The notes under the pieces were generated by a model that saw nothing but the letters and a program-made list of their open reading frames with translations, ran no database searches and was not told the origin of the DNA. Shown here piece by piece: positions 36,085-44,959 of a stretch of DNA of 44,959 bases. Numbering within the stretch: the stretch's first letter is position 1; each line of letters opens with the position of its first letter. The stretch is from Candidatus Woesebacteria bacterium. GTDB lineage: Bacteria > Patescibacteriota > Microgenomatia > UBA1400 > UBA12108. The DNA is taken from the NCBI GenBank assembly GCA_018060845.1, contig JAGOVG010000007.1:1-44959 (forward strand). Direction: 5' to 3'. The position numbers and the translations under genes were made by a program.

Positions 36085-36114
36085 ATCCTTCGGTTCACTT
36101 TGTTCACTCAGGAT
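36085..36114. repeat. REP-like palindrome with an internal GTTCACT direct repeat
   Basis: ATCCT-tcg-GTTCACT-tt-GTTCACT-c-AGGAT; minus strand reads CCTGAG...CCGAAGG as at 6292-6312. Confidence 0.45.
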
Positions 36115-36126
36115 GATTTAGCGACG

Positions 36127-37170
36127 CTAAATCACCTCCATCACACCTGAGTACATCCCCATACTGCAAGAGTAAGTATATTTACCTTTTTTCTCGGGAG
36201 TAAATTTGTGAACTTTGCTATCGATTGGCTTTAGGATGTCATATATATCAAAAGCTTTGAATGTAAAAGCAGTCGCACAACTATAGACCTGACCGTCTGT
36301 TGCCAAAGTTAGTTCAACTGGAGTACCAGCTTTGACCCGGAAATATTTTGGCGTATATCCACCATTACTCACTGAGAGAGTTACTTTTTGGACTCCGTTT
36401 TCTAGTTTGACACTCTTATCTTGCTGAGTGTCTGTGGGTGATTGATCATACGGTGGGAGCAGTCGTACTAGTTGTGGACCTAGTCGCTGCAGTGAATACG
36501 GACTATCAGTAACTTGGAGGATCCCGTTAAAACTACTGACAGCCATAAAAATAAGAAGTAAAGCAGCTAGTCGTAAGAAGTCGCGACGCCAAACTTCGGA
36601 TAGTCTAGATGTACTGATTCCGATCAAGAAAAAGAGTGGGACCGTGCCTAGAACAAACGAGCCCATGGTCAGAGCACCCATAACAGCAGAGCCTGTTGAT
36701 AAGGCCACTACCGCCATAGCTTGAGTGACGCCACATGGTATAAAGACAGTTAAGAAACCAAGAATGCTGGGAGCTATGAGACTAGCACTTCGCTCATTGT
36801 TTTTTAGTAATCTATACGCCCATTTGGGAGGTTGAAAGGAAAGATATCTAAAGACGGGATGAATGTCTAATAAGTTAAGTGCTGTTGCAAACATAAATAA
36901 GGCGGCTAGACCCTGGAACATTAATTTTGCTGTGAGTGAGAGCTCGACAACGCTTCCGAGCGCTCCGAGCAAAGCTCCGAGTGCTAAGTGGCTAATTAGT
37001 TTGGCAGTGAGAAAAGCAGAGACTGGGGCAATGTCGTCTGACCCGAGTCCAGGGTTTGAAGCTACTTTCTTTTGATTGGCAATCACACTCGCTAGTAACC
37101 CCCCCTGCATGGCTGCACATGTGACACCACCTGAGGTTAAGCCTGTTAGAAAAATTAGCCAAAGATTCAT
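36127..37170 (-). CDS. DsbD_2/TauE-like membrane protein with a C-terminal cupredoxin-like domain
   Basis: GGVTCAAMQGG, FIPCGVTQ; C-terminal YSC...YSCSMGMYSG. Confidence 0.88.
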   Translation of the reverse strand: MNLWLIFLTGLTSGGVTCAAMQGGLLASVIANQKKVASNPGLGSDDIAPVSAFLTAKLISHLALGALLGALGSVVELSLTAKLMFQGLAALFMFATALNLLDIHPVFRYLSFQPPKWAYRLLKNNERSASLIAPSILGFLTVFIPCGVTQAMAVVALSTGSAVMGALTMGSFVLGTVPLFFLIGISTSRLSEVWRRDFLRLAALLLIFMAVSSFNGILQVTDSPYSLQRLGPQLVRLLPPYDQSPTDTQQDKSVKLENGVQKVTLSVSNGGYTPKYFRVKAGTPVELTLATDGQVYSCATAFTFKAFDIYDILKPIDSKVHKFTPEKKGKYTYSCSMGMYSGVMEVI

Positions 37171-37180
37171 AGTACTCCTA

Positions 37181-39526
37181 TCATATACGAGAAGCCTTTA
37201 AGCGCAAAGAGTTGACAACTACTGAGACAGACGAGAATGCCATTGCGGCACCAGCTATACCTGGATTAAGGAGAATTCCGTAAAGAGGATAGAGGGCTCC
37301 TGCAGCTATGGGAATACCAATAATATTATAGGCAAACGCCCAGAACAAGTTCTGTTTGATAACGCGGAAGGTGAGACGAGATAGTTTGATGGCCTGAGCT
37401 AACCTCTCGAGATTGCCACCTAGCAGAGTGAGACCAGCGGATTCGATGGCCACGTCGGTACCCGTCCCCATAGCTATGCCCACTTCGGCTGTGGCTAGAG
37501 CTGGAGCATCATTGACGCCGTCACCAACCATTGCAACCTTGTATCCTTCAGTCTGCAATTTTTTCACTTCTGAAGCTTTGTCTCCTGGCATAACCTCAGC
37601 TATGATTTTGTCGATACCAACAGTCTTACCTATATGTTGTGCGGTCAATTTGTGGTCACCTGTAAGCATAGCCACTTTGATCCCTAACTTGTGGAGATCT
37701 TTGATGGCTTGTGCAGATTCGTCTTTGAGAGTATCGCTGATACCTAGATAAAGAATAATTTCTTTAGAAGTGGCCAGGACGATCGGGGTGGCACCTACCT
37801 CGGCAAAACTCTCTATGATTTCTCGATCTATTTTGAGACCTAAGCTCTCCATGAGCAGACGATTGCCGGCGTAGTAAAGTACTTTGCGTGCCTGCTTTGG
37901 CAAGTTTACTTTTCCTTGCAAACCCTGACCAGGAATTGATTTGAAATCTGTCACGGGCATGAGAGACAATTTATCAGCCTTGGCTTTGTCGACTATGGCT
38001 TTGGCGAGAGGATGTTCAGAACTGGACTCGAGGGAGGCCAAAACTTGGAGTGCATCTCGCTCTGACATAGTCCCAACTGATTTGAGATTGGTGACAGACG
38101 GTTCACCTTTGGTCAGGGTACCAGTTTTGTCGAGCACAATATAGTTCACATTGCGTAATTTTTCTAAACTCTCGGCATTTTTGACAAGGATACCTAGGCC
38201 CGCGGCTTTGCCCACACCCACAATAATGGCTGTAGGAGTAGCGAGACCGAGCGCGCAAGGACAGGCAATGACTAAGATGCCTACAAAACTAAGAAGTCCG
38301 AGGAGAGGATTGCCGAGGATGGTCCAGGTGATGAATACTACAACTGAGAGGACTAAGACAATAGGGACGAAGACAGCGGAGATTTTGTCCGTTAATTTCT
38401 CGATTGGCGCATGACTACCCTGCGCATTCTCTACCATTTTGATGATTTGGGAGAGCATGGTCCCCTCACCTACAACAGTCGCGCGGAACTGGAACATGCC
38501 CTGCTTGTTTAGAGTGCCACCAATGACTTTGTCTCCAACCATCTTGTCGACGGGGAGGGGTTCACCGGTCAACATGGACTCATCTATACTACTATCACCT
38601 TTGATAATCTCACCATCCACTGGGATTTTAACTCCTGGCTTGATGATCACAATATCACCCAGAACAACTTCGCTAACTGAGATCTCTACTTCCTTACCAC
38701 CCCGCAACACCAATGCAGTTTTGGCTTGGAGGCCTAAGAGCTTTTCAATAGCTTCGCCGGTTTTCAGTTTTGAATTAGCTTCGAGGTATTTGCCAAGAGT
38801 GATAAACCCAATCACTACTATGGTGACATCAAAATAGAGTCCCTCAGGAGCTTGGATTAGAAGTCCTATCTCCGGGAATAGTAGAAGAATACTACTATAT
38901 AGATATGCGACTAGAGTACCAATACCAACTAATGTGTCCATATTTGCTGCGCGATACTTAAGGAAACGAAGAAAGCCTTGGAGATAGGGTTGCCCGATCC
39001 AAAAAAGCATAGGAGTGGCAAATATGAATGAAGCTCGGTTGAAAGCAGTCATAGAGAGGGGGAGTGATGGGATGAGAGAAAGCTGCGTGGAAAGCAAATC
39101 CCAAACCATCAGAAAAAATACAAGAACAGCTATTGGCATAGCAAAATAAGTTTTTTGCTTCAGTTGTTCTAATTCTTTAAGCTTGATCTCCTTCTTGGTC
39201 GGATCAGATCCAACTGGACCCATGTCGTGACCTGCGTGTAGCGAATGATCCATCTTAGACATATCATGACCAGGTTGACCCATAGGGGGATTTGATGCAT
39301 CTATCTTTTTTTCACTCAGCTGATATCCGAGTGGGGAGATCTGAGCGTTGAGTGTCTCAAGTGCAATATTGTCGGAAGTAGAGAGACTAGCTTTCTCTGT
39401 TGCGTAACTTACATCAGCACTAGTAACTCCATCAACTTTGGAGAGTTTTTTCTTAATGATGCTGGCGCAGCTAGCGCAATGCATCCCAACAACGTCGTAC
39501 TCTTTTTTTTGGTTATTATTTTGCAT
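37181..39526 (-). CDS. copA: Cu(I)-translocating P1B-type ATPase
   Basis: GMHCASC HMA, His/Met linker, [25 protein letters not shown] and MAFSS. Confidence 0.96.
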   Translation of the reverse strand: MQNNNQKKEYDVVGMHCASCASIIKKKLSKVDGVTSADVSYATEKASLSTSDNIALETLNAQISPLGYQLSEKKIDASNPPMGQPGHDMSKMDHSLHAGHDMGPVGSDPTKKEIKLKELEQLKQKTYFAMPIAVLVFFLMVWDLLSTQLSLIPSLPLSMTAFNRASFIFATPMLFWIGQPYLQGFLRFLKYRAANMDTLVGIGTLVAYLYSSILLLFPEIGLLIQAPEGLYFDVTIVVIGFITLGKYLEANSKLKTGEAIEKLLGLQAKTALVLRGGKEVEISVSEVVLGDIVIIKPGVKIPVDGEIIKGDSSIDESMLTGEPLPVDKMVGDKVIGGTLNKQGMFQFRATVVGEGTMLSQIIKMVENAQGSHAPIEKLTDKISAVFVPIVLVLSVVVFITWTILGNPLLGLLSFVGILVIACPCALGLATPTAIIVGVGKAAGLGILVKNAESLEKLRNVNYIVLDKTGTLTKGEPSVTNLKSVGTMSERDALQVLASLESSSEHPLAKAIVDKAKADKLSLMPVTDFKSIPGQGLQGKVNLPKQARKVLYYAGNRLLMESLGLKIDREIIESFAEVGATPIVLATSKEIILYLGISDTLKDESAQAIKDLHKLGIKVAMLTGDHKLTAQHIGKTVGIDKIIAEVMPGDKASEVKKLQTEGYKVAMVGDGVNDAPALATAEVGIAMGTGTDVAIESAGLTLLGGNLERLAQAIKLSRLTFRVIKQNLFWAFAYNIIGIPIAAGALYPLYGILLNPGIAGAAMAFSSVSVVVNSLRLKASRI

Positions 39527-40082
39527 ACCACTCCTTTAGATAATTTTGCATTATAGTGATCTCGCTAGTTTGAGTAGTAATAATATTTTTGGCTAGATCG
39601 TGTATCTCAGCTCGATCTGTTGGCAGGAGTACCTGCTTAGCCATTGTTATTGCTCCTTCGTGATGCTTGATCATGGCATCTAGATACCTACGATCAAACT
39701 CAGAGTCTGCACTGCCCAAATCAATAGCCATACTAGGCATCTCTTCACCCATACGCATTTCTATGTGAGCGCTCTCGTTAAACCAGCCTTTACGCCATTC
39801 ATACATTTGATCAATCTCAGAGCTCTGCGCGGTAATAATATTTTGCGCTAACTGCTTGAGTTCTGGGCGCTTAGATTTGGTTAAAACATTTTTGGACATC
39901 GCTATTGCACCATCATGATGCTCGATCATACCAGTTATAAAATCTTCGTCTGACAAAGGTGATTGAGGACCACCTTCCTGTTGAGTCATCTCTTTTTGTT
40001 CTATTGTACTTAACTTATCTGATGTAACTGCAAATATCCCAACAGTTAGGATAAAAAGTAATGAGTGAATAATTATTTTCAT
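39516..40082 (-). CDS. DUF305 (CopM-like) exported protein
   Basis: Two MIxHHxGAIxMA repeats; signal/anchor segment. Confidence 0.9.
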   Translation of the reverse strand: MKIIIHSLLFILTVGIFAVTSDKLSTIEQKEMTQQEGGPQSPLSDEDFITGMIEHHDGAIAMSKNVLTKSKRPELKQLAQNIITAQSSEIDQMYEWRKGWFNESAHIEMRMGEEMPSMAIDLGSADSEFDRRYLDAMIKHHEGAITMAKQVLLPTDRAEIHDLAKNIITTQTSEITIMQNYLKEWYAK

Positions 40083-40102
40083 TGTTACCTTTCTACTTTA
40101 AT

Positions 40103-40546
40103 TCAATTAATGTAATTTATTTTCTTATTAAAAGTAGCAAGACAACCTTTGCCACAAAAATAATGACGCACACCTCCATATTCGGCGGTGCAGATCGCAG
40201 TGCTCGGAGTCAGTCGCATGTGGCAGATCGGGTCAATTACCTTAGGCTCTGATTCGACAAAAGGCTTGACCTTAGTAAAGTGGTCAACAAAGACAGACAG
40301 ATTAAGTAGAGTGTTCTCTGTTAAGGAGTAGTAAAGCTCTTTGCCCAGTTTTTTGGCGTGCACTAGTTTAGACACCTTAAGATACATTAGATGCTGTGAG
40401 ACAGCTGCTTGGCGTATACCAGTCATTTGCACAACCTGATTAACAGTTAGTTCATGGCCATGCAACAAGCAAATAATCTCTAGGCGCTTTCGATGACCTA
40501 GAGCTTTGAAGAGTTTGGCATTTTTTATGATTTCGGTAGTATTCAT
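40103..40546 (-). CDS. ArsR/SmtB regulator fused to a YHS/TRASH domain
   Basis: FKALGHRKRLEI...AVSQHL...YYSL, then DPICHM...HYFCGKGC. Confidence 0.9.
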   Translation of the reverse strand: MNTTEIIKNAKLFKALGHRKRLEIICLLHGHELTVNQVVQMTGIRQAAVSQHLMYLKVSKLVHAKKLGKELYYSLTENTLLNLSVFVDHFTKVKPFVESEPKVIDPICHMRLTPSTAICTAEYGGVRHYFCGKGCLATFNKKINYIN

Positions 40547-40554
40547 ACCTTAAT

Positions 40555-40576
40555 CATATTCTGTTTTTTGAATATG
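40555..40576. promoter_or_regulatory. Inverted repeat CATATTC-N8-GAATATG over the ArsR-YHS promoter
   Basis: Spans TTGACA(40575-80)-16-TATGAT(40553-58) on the minus strand; the -10 is 6 nt from the ATG. Confidence 0.6.
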
Positions 40577-41125
40577 TCAAATGGGGAAGGAAAGGGTAGA
40601 AATTATTTCAAAATCTTTTTTGTGTTTATCAGAGAGGAAGCTACCTTTTGATAAGATGTCTTCTTTGTGAGCTGATTGATCTTGTACTTCGACCTCAAAA
40701 CCATTGAGACTCCCCTTCTGCGGTGGTGGAAATAGAAGAGGGTCATTTACTACTATCTCTCCTGATTTTTTGACTATAGCTTTCAAATCCTCGTATGGGT
40801 CTAGTTGAGTCTGTACATAATAGAGATTAAGGACCAGATTCTTAGCATGCACGTCGATCACTAGCTGAAAGTCGTTTTCCTCTACTTCGATAGTTGGAGT
40901 ATCAAGTTTTTTAATTAAAAAGTTGCTAATTAACTTATTGGCGGAGTCACGATCGTTTTGACCATAAATAACTAAATCGATATCTCCATGGTCACGAGTG
41001 ATCTTACCAACAGAGAAGTCTAGTCCATACCCACCATAAACTACCATGCGCCATCCTAGCTCACGTGCAAAAACTGAAAAGTCCTTGATTAGCTTTAGAT
41101 CTCTGTCAGTTCTATTTGTGGTCAT
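40577..41125 (-). CDS. Nucleotidyltransferase, aminoglycoside/lincosamide NTase-like fold
   Basis: GGYGLD...TRDHGDIDL. Confidence 0.75.
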   Translation of the reverse strand: MTTNRTDRDLKLIKDFSVFARELGWRMVVYGGYGLDFSVGKITRDHGDIDLVIYGQNDRDSANKLISNFLIKKLDTPTIEVEENDFQLVIDVHAKNLVLNLYYVQTQLDPYEDLKAIVKKSGEIVVNDPLLFPPPQKGSLNGFEVEVQDQSAHKEDILSKGSFLSDKHKKDFEIISTLSFPI

Positions 41126-41127
41126 AA

Positions 41128-41568
41128 CTAGTCTTGATAAGCATTAATTGAGGCAACAAAAAATCCATTATCATCTCCAAATGACAACTGAGCAAATTCT
41201 TCAGCAGTTACCCACTGATAATCGGTGTGCTCGTCGGAGAGCGTCACCTCCCCTTCCCAATCGAAGCATGTGTAACAGACGCCAAAAACATTTAGACCTG
41301 CAAAAAATCCTTTTTCGACATTCATATGGTTGTCTATAAATATCGGACTGAGCGTATGGGCAGTTAGACCTGCCTCCTCTCTAACTTCGCGCCTTATTGC
41401 CTCTATCACCTGCTCACCCTGCTCGTAGCCACCACCTGGCAGATCCCAATTACCACCACGAGAGTGATCATCTCCTGCACGCTTGAGGGCTAATAACTTG
41501 CAATCCTCACCGACAATGATGCATTTTTGGATGAGGCGTACGTTTTGCAATATTTTAGGACTATTCAT
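41128..41568 (-). CDS. NUDIX hydrolase
   Basis: WDLPGGGYEQGEQVIEAIRREVREEAG, LSDEH. Confidence 0.92.
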   Translation of the reverse strand: MNSPKILQNVRLIQKCIIVGEDCKLLALKRAGDDHSRGGNWDLPGGGYEQGEQVIEAIRREVREEAGLTAHTLSPIFIDNHMNVEKGFFAGLNVFGVCYTCFDWEGEVTLSDEHTDYQWVTAEEFAQLSFGDDNGFFVASINAYQD

Positions 41569-41578
41569 TGCTTTTATT

Positions 41579-42562
41579 CTACCGCAGTAAGTTGGTAATT
41601 AGGTGGATCATAATCTCTTTATCAGTCGGGTGACTCTGCGAGATCAGCAGTGCTAATGCAACGATAGTGTTGTCGTTAATAGTGCGCTCCCCAGTCTCGC
41701 GGAAGAGTAGTCCATTCTGAGCTAAGTAGTGGATAAATAGTAATGACCCAGACCTTTTATTGCCATCAATCAAAGGATGGTCTTTGATGACGAAATACAG
41801 AAGATGTGCAGCTTTTTCTTCGACCGTTTTATATAGTTCTTTACCATCGTATGTTTGGTTAATACTGCCGATAATACGATCTAACCCTTCGCCCTCTCGA
41901 TCCATCCCTACAAACTTGGCTGCAGTTTGATTATCAACCAGCTGAGTGACCAACCGACTAATCAGATCTCTTGCCTCGTTTATTGTTAGATGATATTTAG
42001 GTTTGGTCTTGGCTCGAATGCCAATCTTACCCTCGTCATATTTGTGAAACATGATCCAGGAGTGAGCATAATCTGCAATGACTTTTAACATGTCTTTGGC
42101 TTCGCCACTGGTTAATACTGGCGAGCTGAGTGTTTGGTGGATCAAGTTAACTGCACGCTCTAGTTCATCAATCCCTGTATCTTCCAGACGGTTTTTATTG
42201 AGAGTGTAACCATCCAATATATGTTTTCGTAGTACCTGAGTAGCCCAGATCCGAAATTGAGTTCCACGAAGAGATTTGACTCTATAACCGACAGAGATAA
42301 CAACATCGAGATTGTAGTGTTTAACAGAATATTGCTTACCGTCTGCACCAGTTGTCAAGAAATCCTTTACAACTGAATTTTGATCTAATTCTTTTTCCTT
42401 AAAAACATTGCCTATATGCAATGAAATGTTTTGTTTTGTGGTGTTTAGTAGGTTTCTTAGCTGATCTTGTGATAACCAGACAGATTCATCAACAATTGGT
42501 ATCTTTATCTTGTTACCTTTATTGATCTCGTAAATGACTATAGATTTTGACTGGGCAGTCAT
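41579..42562 (-). CDS. RhuM-like domain fused to a Fic/Doc domain
   Basis: SVWLSQ, YNLDVVISVGYRV...FRIWAT (RhuM); HPLIDGNKRSG (Fic motif). Confidence 0.9.
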   Translation of the reverse strand: MTAQSKSIVIYEINKGNKIKIPIVDESVWLSQDQLRNLLNTTKQNISLHIGNVFKEKELDQNSVVKDFLTTGADGKQYSVKHYNLDVVISVGYRVKSLRGTQFRIWATQVLRKHILDGYTLNKNRLEDTGIDELERAVNLIHQTLSSPVLTSGEAKDMLKVIADYAHSWIMFHKYDEGKIGIRAKTKPKYHLTINEARDLISRLVTQLVDNQTAAKFVGMDREGEGLDRIIGSINQTYDGKELYKTVEEKAAHLLYFVIKDHPLIDGNKRSGSLLFIHYLAQNGLLFRETGERTINDNTIVALALLISQSHPTDKEIMIHLITNLLR

Positions 42563-42567
42563 ATATC

Positions 42568-42625
42568 CCCTCCCTTACACTACTAAATATAATCCCAATT
42601 TATACCGAATTATATCCGAAGTCAA
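42568..42625 (-). promoter_or_regulatory. RhuM-Fic promoter with TTCGG-N6-TTCGG repeat and shared 15-nt leader
   Basis: Plus strand CCGAA-ttatat-CCGAA (42605-42620) within TTGACT(42620-25)-17-TAAATT(42597-602); CCCTCCCTTACACTA at 42568-42582. Confidence 0.65.
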
Positions 42626-42628
42626 GTG

Positions 42629-43567
42629 TTATTTTACTTGATTTATCCCACCCTTGCCTCTTGCAACCTGCTCCTGATTTTCTAGATCAATTATTAGCGC
42701 AGTGTGCTCATCAATACCTATTATCTTAGTCGCCGCAGGTAGCTGAGAGATTAGTTTTTCTGCACGGTCCTTTCCTACGTAACAGTAACTAGTATCTAGC
42801 CCTACCCCACCCTCTCTATTATTAAAGTGAGGAATGATAGTAGTAGACCCCCAGATCTCCCTGTATACATCCAGTCCATCGACCCAGTGGAGATCCTCAC
42901 CTACTTTGTAGATCTCATACACTGGGAGTGAGTGAGCAGAAAAAGTGATCGTAGCAGCGGAAGCGAGTATTAATGTTGCGCTACTTTTCACCTGGTAAAT
43001 TATTGCCCTCAATACCCTACTACCCTTCAAGTGCCTAATACCATAGGTGGGAGAACCAGGACCTAGGAAGAGGATATCACTCATCTGGATCTGTTTAACA
43101 TATTCATTATTATCTGCATCGACGCGAGTATTTACGGGGACTACCTGAATGTTTAGGTTAAAGTCAGGGAGAGCTGCGAGCATAAAGTCTTTGATCTCCC
43201 CATAGACCGAACTAACATTTGGTTGAAAGCCAGCCGGCGTAGTAATGAGTGAGATGGTGAGATCACGCTTGCCGAGCTGCAAAAAAGTAGAGCGATAGAT
43301 GTCGACACTGGTTGGGGCTATCTCGCCGGATCCAAAAAGTAGGAGAAATCTTTTTTTGGCGATGACCCCTGCATCCCCTAGCTTCATAACCTCCGTGCTC
43401 CCTCCTGCGACGTCGTTAATGAGATAGCCCAGCGACTCTATATCCTTACGCAGCCGGTCAGCTAACTCAAAATTGCGAGCCAGCTTGGCATCGCTGCGCG
43501 CTGCAACAAGCTCTTTTACTTTTTCATCTACATCATTCCATGGGATATGGGTCGTGACTTTGACCAT
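42629..43567 (-). CDS. CysRS C-terminal (anticodon-binding)-like domain fused to an S51/cyanophycinase-like peptidase domain
   Basis: N-terminal ARSDAKLARNFELADRLRKDIESLGYLIND; then FGSGE, FLGPGSPTY, LASAA, IPHFN, GIDEHTAL. Confidence 0.75.
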   Translation of the reverse strand: MVKVTTHIPWNDVDEKVKELVAARSDAKLARNFELADRLRKDIESLGYLINDVAGGSTEVMKLGDAGVIAKKRFLLLFGSGEIAPTSVDIYRSTFLQLGKRDLTISLITTPAGFQPNVSSVYGEIKDFMLAALPDFNLNIQVVPVNTRVDADNNEYVKQIQMSDILFLGPGSPTYGIRHLKGSRVLRAIIYQVKSSATLILASAATITFSAHSLPVYEIYKVGEDLHWVDGLDVYREIWGSTTIIPHFNNREGGVGLDTSYCYVGKDRAEKLISQLPAATKIIGIDEHTALIIDLENQEQVARGKGGINQVK

Positions 43568-43568
43568 A

Positions 43569-44045
43569 CTAGATCTTGCCAGCTAAGGCAGTATCTATTT
43601 CTTTGAATCTCAATAAAGTATTGGGGTTGATAGTAGAGTTGTAGACTGATGGGTTATTAGTGACCAAAAAACTAAGGTGTCTAATGCCATGTGAGATCAC
43701 ACTCTCAATAGGGATTTCTTTTGGAGCAGGTCGTGTAGGGTCACCCGATTCAATTATTTTAATATCAGAGATCGCAAGACGCGTTGAATCTGTAGCTGAT
43801 AGATCGAAATCGTCAGAATATACTATATAGGTAATTATTGTGGATCCTGCTGGTACATATCTCCAACTGGTCGAGTGACTAATGAGTCTACTTTTTTCGA
43901 TAATACCCGTTGTATGCTTTTGCACTAATAGGAGGACTAAATCGTCTGGATTGTCCGACTTATTGGTAATATCTAGTTCGACTTTTTTGTAAAGGATTTC
44001 TTCGTCTACTATTTTCGTGAGGATTACTTCGAGAAAATATGTCAT
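43569..44045 (-). CDS. Hypothetical protein
   Basis: HSTSWRY...ITY and VISHGIRHLSFL conserved-looking motifs; 1 nt from the next gene. Confidence 0.7.
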   Translation of the reverse strand: MTYFLEVILTKIVDEEILYKKVELDITNKSDNPDDLVLLLVQKHTTGIIEKSRLISHSTSWRYVPAGSTIITYIVYSDDFDLSATDSTRLAISDIKIIESGDPTRPAPKEIPIESVISHGIRHLSFLVTNNPSVYNSTINPNTLLRFKEIDTALAGKI

Positions 44046-44047
44046 AT

Positions 44048-44959
44048 CTAATTATGAATTGTAGCATAGCGAGAGGAGTGAGGGATTAAGCTATTTAGTT
44101 TGTTCAGGATCAGGAGAGGCACCACCGATATCAATACGAATAAGATCTGGAGCATCAAGGGATTGTCAAAACTAAATCCTGCGAGTAGGAGTGTAATTAA
44201 GGGTGTGATACGGCCTATTCCCATAGCTATCTCTCCCAGCGAGAGGACTTGGTTCATGTTATCTTTTATTACTTCGTTGTCATTAACAAGACGGTAGATC
44301 ACTCCCTCGTAATGTAGTGAAAAGCTAGAGTTCAATAGAACGACAGCAAATTGATAAATCATGAAGATTATAAAGTTCCAATTTGTAGCGAGAAGCAGAG
44401 TGACACTCGCAAACATGAATGTAGCTGCGATCGAAATAGCTTGCCTTAGCGAAGTGTCAGGCACTTTACTATATAAATATGCACTAATAATACTTAGGAT
44501 CGTAAAACCAGTTGAAATATAACCCCATCTTGAAACATCACCTACAAACATGAATGTTACAACTCCCAGTATCGCCCACATTGGTCCGTTGTAGATACCA
44601 TAAAACAATCTAGTGGTGAGAAATATTTTAACCTCTTCTATCTCCAGCAAGGAGCGATAAGAGGTAGCGTTAATGCTCGCGCTATTCGTTACGACTGGTA
44701 TTTTTGAGACCAGAATAACTATTAGTACGCCGACAAATAAACTAATTAAATAGCTTACTTCGTATGAACCTAGTGTAGAAATGAGACCGGTTATGATTGG
44801 AACAGACACTATACTCACTGCATTCATTATTGAAGACTTGAGACCTAGAAACCTCGTGGTGTCAGTGTTGTTGGTGACAAAACCTACGATAAGCGAGTAG
44901 CTCATAGCTTGTAGGCCTATACCAGTCCCAGCTAAGATCCCAAAAGGCATAATCACTTT
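44048..44959 (-). CDS. MFS-like multi-pass transporter (5' part outside the window)
   Basis: Many TM helices; the frame is open to the window edge. Confidence 0.75.
   Translation of the reverse strand, partial: KVIMPFGILAGTGIGLQAMSYSLIVGFVTNNTDTTRFLGLKSSIMNAVSIVSVPIITGLISTLGSYEVSYLISLFVGVLIVILVSKIPVVTNSASINATSYRSLLEIEEVKIFLTTRLFYGIYNGPMWAILGVVTFMFVGDVSRWGYISTGFTILSIISAYLYSKVPDTSLRQAISIAATFMFASVTLLLATNWNFIIFMIYQFAVVLLNSSFSLHYEGVIYRLVNDNEVIKDNMNQVLSLGEIAMGIGRITPLITLLLAGFSFDNPLMLQILFVLISVVPLLILNKLNSLIPHSSRYATIHN

Noticed and set aside
41579-42562. RhuM-Fic as a toxin-antitoxin module
   Set aside because: No adjacent small antitoxin gene; RhuM-Fic fusions commonly stand alone.
700-42729. Many 60-160 aa ORFs overlapping confident genes, mostly antisense (e.g. 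700-981, 4232-4624, 17214-17576, 24262-24642, 34585-35070, 38439-38837)
   Set aside because: They shadow confidently identified genes, have Ser/Leu-rich non-protein-like composition and show no motifs.
154-44045. UGA recoding (code 25) as in some CPR lineages
   Set aside because: TGA ends several genes at the expected length, including ATGA overlaps (615-618, 18825-18828), and long ORFs are intact under code 11.
1-44959. CRISPR array or cas genes
   Set aside because: No regularly spaced repeat-spacer pattern or Cas motifs were seen.

Overview
Gene-dense 45 kb window, standard genetic code. It most likely comes from a Patescibacteria (CPR), Microgenomates-like genome; this is an inference from gene content and from many apparently leaderless -10/ATG promoters. 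It opens with the tail of an IS30 transposase and a greA-lysS housekeeping operon. The main accessory feature is a ~5.5 kb AT-rich element integrated at the 3' end of tRNA-Glu(CTC) and bounded by a 12-bp direct repeat, ATTGGGGTCACA (6375-6386 and 11869-11880). All on the minus strand, it carries a two-gene CBASS-type module (SMODS/CD-NTase plus S-4TM effector), a large two-tier hairpin, an unknown protein, an HUH rolling-circle Rep, a small candidate directionality factor and a large serine recombinase whose C-terminus is encoded antisense to the tRNA. Beyond the right att site are a frameshifted HNH-like gene, a caspase-like protease gene and an intact IS481-like element. The remainder is host metabolism and stress biology: glgA/glgP, thioredoxin plus a CcdA-MsrA fusion, lon, a zinc-type cluster (CobW, Fur/Zur, ZIP, unknown Cys/His proteins), a copper operon (ArsR-YHS, DUF305, CopA, DsbD_2-cupredoxin, HMA), BRO-N and RhuM-Fic genes, and a CysRS-tail/S51 peptidase fusion. 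Four candidate operator systems are readable in the DNA: a CIRCE at lon, four TGCGAA-N3-TTCGCA boxes at the Fur/Zur operon, an inverted repeat at the ArsR-YHS promoter, and a TTCGG-N6-TTCGG direct repeat shared by the BRO-N and RhuM-Fic promoters. All family assignments come from motif recognition by eye; no searches were run.
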